Below are positions 16,016 to 18,493 of a DNA stretch of 18,493 nt, in pieces. Each line of letters starts with the position of its first letter. Positions within the stretch are counted from its first letter, which is position 1. The notes under the pieces are model-generated. The model was not told where the DNA came from. It did no database searches and worked only from the letters and a program-made list of their open reading frames with translations. The stretch lies in NCBI GenBank assembly GCA_018238625.1, contig JABCSY010000081.1, positions 1 to 18,493 on the forward strand, given 5' to 3'. The stretch is from Promethearchaeota archaeon (GTDB lineage: Archaea; Asgardarchaeota; Lokiarchaeia; Sigyniarchaeales; SOKP01). The position numbers and the translations under genes were made by a program.

Positions 16016-16747
16016 ATGAATCAAACCACCGACCTCAAGGTCATTATTGATAATAGAGAAAGGAAGTTAATAAAACTATTAGAAGAGAAGTACCCTAATA
16101 TCGAGTTCGAAACTAAACAATTAGATATTGCGGATATAGTGATTTCTGAAGATGTAGCAATTGAAAGAAAAGAAGGGTTTGATTTCGTTGCTTCTATTAT
16201 GGATAATCGTTTATTTGAACAGTGTTTTCGCTTAAAGGAAACCTACACAACGCCTATATTAATTTTAGAGGGTTTAAATGATAATGTGTTTAAAAATACT
16301 GGAATGAAAATTGCCTCTATTTACGGAGCGCTTTCTAAAATCGCTTATAAATTAGGAATATCTGTAATTCCCACTCGTAATTTGGATGATACGGCGATTG
16401 TAATCGAAAGAATTGCTTATCGCGAACAAATAAAGGACGGAACGTCCATTCTCTCCCGAAAGGCACCAAAAAGTATGAGCATTGAAGAAAGAAGAACATT
16501 TATTGTGGAAGGATTCGTAGATATCGGTCCGAAAAAGGCTAAATCTTTAGTAGATAAATACAAAACGCCCTATCGCGTGTTAAAGGCAATTCAACAAACA
16601 GAAATCACATTTACTCGGACAGGAAATCCAAAAGGAATTAAAGGCCCCTTAAGCGAACTTTCTGGGTTTGGATGGAAATTTGTAGAAAAGAATAAAGAAA
16701 TGCTTTTTGGGAAAATAAAGGACCCTCAAAAAAAAATTAATGGATAG
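16016..16747 (+). CDS. xpf: Short XPF/Mus81-type ERCC4 structure-specific endonuclease with HhH
   Basis: IIDNRE, LDIADIVIS..VAIERK...DF..SI.D.RL..Q (ERKx3D), ILEG and the HhH IGPKKAKSL. There is no helicase domain. Confidence 0.88.
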   Translation: MNQTTDLKVIIDNRERKLIKLLEEKYPNIEFETKQLDIADIVISEDVAIERKEGFDFVASIMDNRLFEQCFRLKETYTTPILILEGLNDNVFKNTGMKIASIYGALSKIAYKLGISVIPTRNLDDTAIVIERIAYREQIKDGTSILSRKAPKSMSIEERRTFIVEGFVDIGPKKAKSLVDKYKTPYRVLKAIQQTEITFTRTGNPKGIKGPLSELSGFGWKFVEKNKEMLFGKIKDPQKKING

Positions 16748-16760
16748 AGATTAAAGATTT

Positions 16761-17528
16761 ATGATTATACTTATATCACTAATAGCAATTTTCTTCTCGA
16801 GTACAGTCTATGGGATTATAGGGTTCGGCGACGCGTTGATATTAATCCCTATTTTAGCTCCAATAATAGGAATTAAGGATGCGGTAATATTAGTAAATAT
16901 TTGGGGCACATTTCCCGCTTTACTCAATTATATTAAATATAAAGAATTTTTAGATAGGGGTTATTTTCTCCGAATTGTATCGCTAGGCATTCCCGCTACA
17001 ATTCTAGGTACTTACTTAATTATAAGTATTCGATTGGAATGGATCGAGTTAATTTTAGGCGTTTTTATTCTGATATATTCTTCTTTAAAACTCGTTAATT
17101 ACATTAAGAGGCAATCTCAAATTGAAATGGAAAAGGAATTAAACACGACTTCTCCCCTAATTTTGTTCGGGGGATTCTCTTATGGCTTGTTAACTGGTTT
17201 AATTGGCGCGGCAGGACCCATTAATGTAGCTTTATTAGAAAAAACGGGGCACTATAAAGAAAGTTTTATCGGAAATTTTGCTGCTATTGGAACAGTACTT
17301 TCCGTTTCAAGAATTCCATTTTATTTAGTTGAAGGATTGTTCCCAAGCGAACTACTATTAGTATTTTTATTCGCTTTTCCAATTATATTCCTCGGGACTA
17401 AACTTGGTCATAAGATTACCCCTAAAATTCCTATAAAGAAATTTCAGATCATTATATTTTGTTTCCTTTTGGGAATTAGCTTAAAATCAATTATTTCATC
17501 AAGTATTAGCTTGATGAGTTTATTGTAA
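16761..17528 (+). CDS. Sulfite exporter TauE/SafE (TSUP) family permease
   Basis: GIIGFGDALILIP, G.P.TILG, GLLTGLIGAAGP and LGTKLG, with about 8 TM helices in an internal repeat. Confidence 0.88.
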   Translation: MIILISLIAIFFSSTVYGIIGFGDALILIPILAPIIGIKDAVILVNIWGTFPALLNYIKYKEFLDRGYFLRIVSLGIPATILGTYLIISIRLEWIELILGVFILIYSSLKLVNYIKRQSQIEMEKELNTTSPLILFGGFSYGLLTGLIGAAGPINVALLEKTGHYKESFIGNFAAIGTVLSVSRIPFYLVEGLFPSELLLVFLFAFPIIFLGTKLGHKITPKIPIKKFQIIIFCFLLGISLKSIISSSISLMSLL

Positions 17529-17610
17529 TTAAGTAAAAGGAAAAATTTAAAGATAATAAAGTTCCTAACCTGCCAAACACTTATAAGTTTTTCTTTCCTA
17601 AAAATTCAAT

Positions 17611-18117
17611 GTGAGATTCAAAAATTATTTTTATATCATTATCATCTTTTTAACACTTACCTTCATTTTTATACCAAATATACGAGCTTTTAAAGGAATA
17701 CGATATGAAGAAATCCCAATTTTTATAATTATGAATTTAATGGGTGCGGTTCTTATAAATGTCATCGTTGAATTTTGTATAGTTTATGTTTTTCTTAGAT
17801 CTCACTATAACGTTAAAAAGGAGTTATTTTTATCTGTTATATTAGTTAATCTTGTTATATTTCCTCCTACCTACACGATTGCTTATTTTATTTTAATATT
17901 TTTTTTAGAACTTTTTGTGTTGTATATAATTGTAATTGAAATAATAATGATGTTAATTGAATGGTTATTGTATCGTTTAGAATTTCAGAAACTTGTAAAT
18001 AAAAAATCAATACAGATGACTTTATCATTAAAAAAGACAATTCTAATTTCAACTTTGGCAAATTTTGCTTCTTTTAGTGTATTATATTTAAATATTGTTA
18101 TTGCATTAATACTATAA
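17611..18117 (+). CDS. Hypothetical membrane protein
   Basis: 168 aa hydrophobic ORF with GTG start, intramembrane E residues (IVEF, VIEI, LIEW) and AN.ASF. TTATAA sits about 25-30 bp upstream. Confidence 0.7.
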   Translation: MRFKNYFYIIIIFLTLTFIFIPNIRAFKGIRYEEIPIFIIMNLMGAVLINVIVEFCIVYVFLRSHYNVKKELFLSVILVNLVIFPPTYTIAYFILIFFLELFVLYIIVIEIIMMLIEWLLYRLEFQKLVNKKSIQMTLSLKKTILISTLANFASFSVLYLNIVIALIL

Positions 18118-18301
18118 TCTACAATCTTTCAATAACTCTATGATTTCTTCTTACCAGGCATTAAAACACTTATAATTTCTTGAAATTTTACCCATTCTTT
18201 GTTTTAGAATAAAGTATAATGAGATTACAGAAATGAAGCAACAAATTCCAAAAAGAGTTAAATAGAAGTTCCAAACATTTGTTCTATAAAGTGATTTACC
18301 A

Positions 18302-18493
18302 TTACTTATTGGATTTCTTTCGATACCCAAAGGGTTTTTGCGGGGTTAACTTATCAATAAGAGGAGTGGCAATATTCATGATAAGAATTGAATATGAGAC
18401 GCCTTCGGGATAACCTCCCCATGTGCGGATCACGACTGTAAGTAGTCCACACCCAATATCGAATATAAGCCGTCCTTTTTTTGTAACAGGAGA
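18302..18493 (-). CDS. rnfD: RnfD (Rnf electron transport complex subunit D), C-terminal part; the start lies beyond the window (absent from the ORF track)
   Basis: Manual translation: [63 protein letters not shown], which carries the RnfD C-terminal signature SP.T..G..I...G.G....IR..GGYPEGV...IL.MN...PLID. Confidence 0.9.
   Translation of the reverse strand, partial: SPVTKKGRLIFDIGCGLLTVVIRTWGGYPEGVSYSILIMNIATPLIDKLTPQKPFGYRKKSNK

Noticed and set aside
16016-16747. Hef helicase-nuclease, or a C-terminal PCNA-binding PIP box
   Set aside because: There is no helicase domain in or upstream of the ORF, and the C-terminus (DPQKKING) lacks the aromatic pair of a PIP box.
1-18493. Selenoprotein/SECIS, tRNA or rRNA genes
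   Set aside because: I saw no in-frame TGA at a Cys-aligned position and no GC-rich cloverleaf or rRNA-like stretch by eye. tRNAscan-SE and Infernal were not run.

Overview
AT-rich archaeal window whose gene content points to an Asgard archaeon, most likely Lokiarchaeia/Promethearchaeota (inference from a Rab-like small GTPase, a longin-like domain fused to a membrane protein, a V4R protein, tetraether lipid synthase, archaeal AroA' and a short XPF). Left to right: a truncated 3-hydroxyacyl-CoA dehydrogenase, a V4R protein, a motif-degenerate macrodomain protein and a GNAT toxin-antitoxin-like pair. A minus-strand run then reads Rab-like GTPase > OsmC/Zn-ribbon > coiled-coil > Zn-motif membrane protein > LMW phosphatase > unannotated LMW phosphatase pseudogene. 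It is divergent, across an 18-bp direct repeat, from an MFS transporter fused to a longin-like domain, which converges on a second LMW phosphatase. After that come a solo TnpB with a rearranged RuvC-II site, nadB (5' end apparently frameshifted in an A run), tes, aroA', a YdjM-like hydrolase, XPF/ERCC4, a TauE/SafE exporter, a membrane protein and the 3' end of rnfD with no rnfG downstream. The best candidate for a new system is the MFS-longin fusion head-to-head with the Rab-like GTPase and flanked by YwlE-like phosphatases, a possible transceptor/GTPase signalling module. All family calls come from motif recognition by eye; no searches were run.
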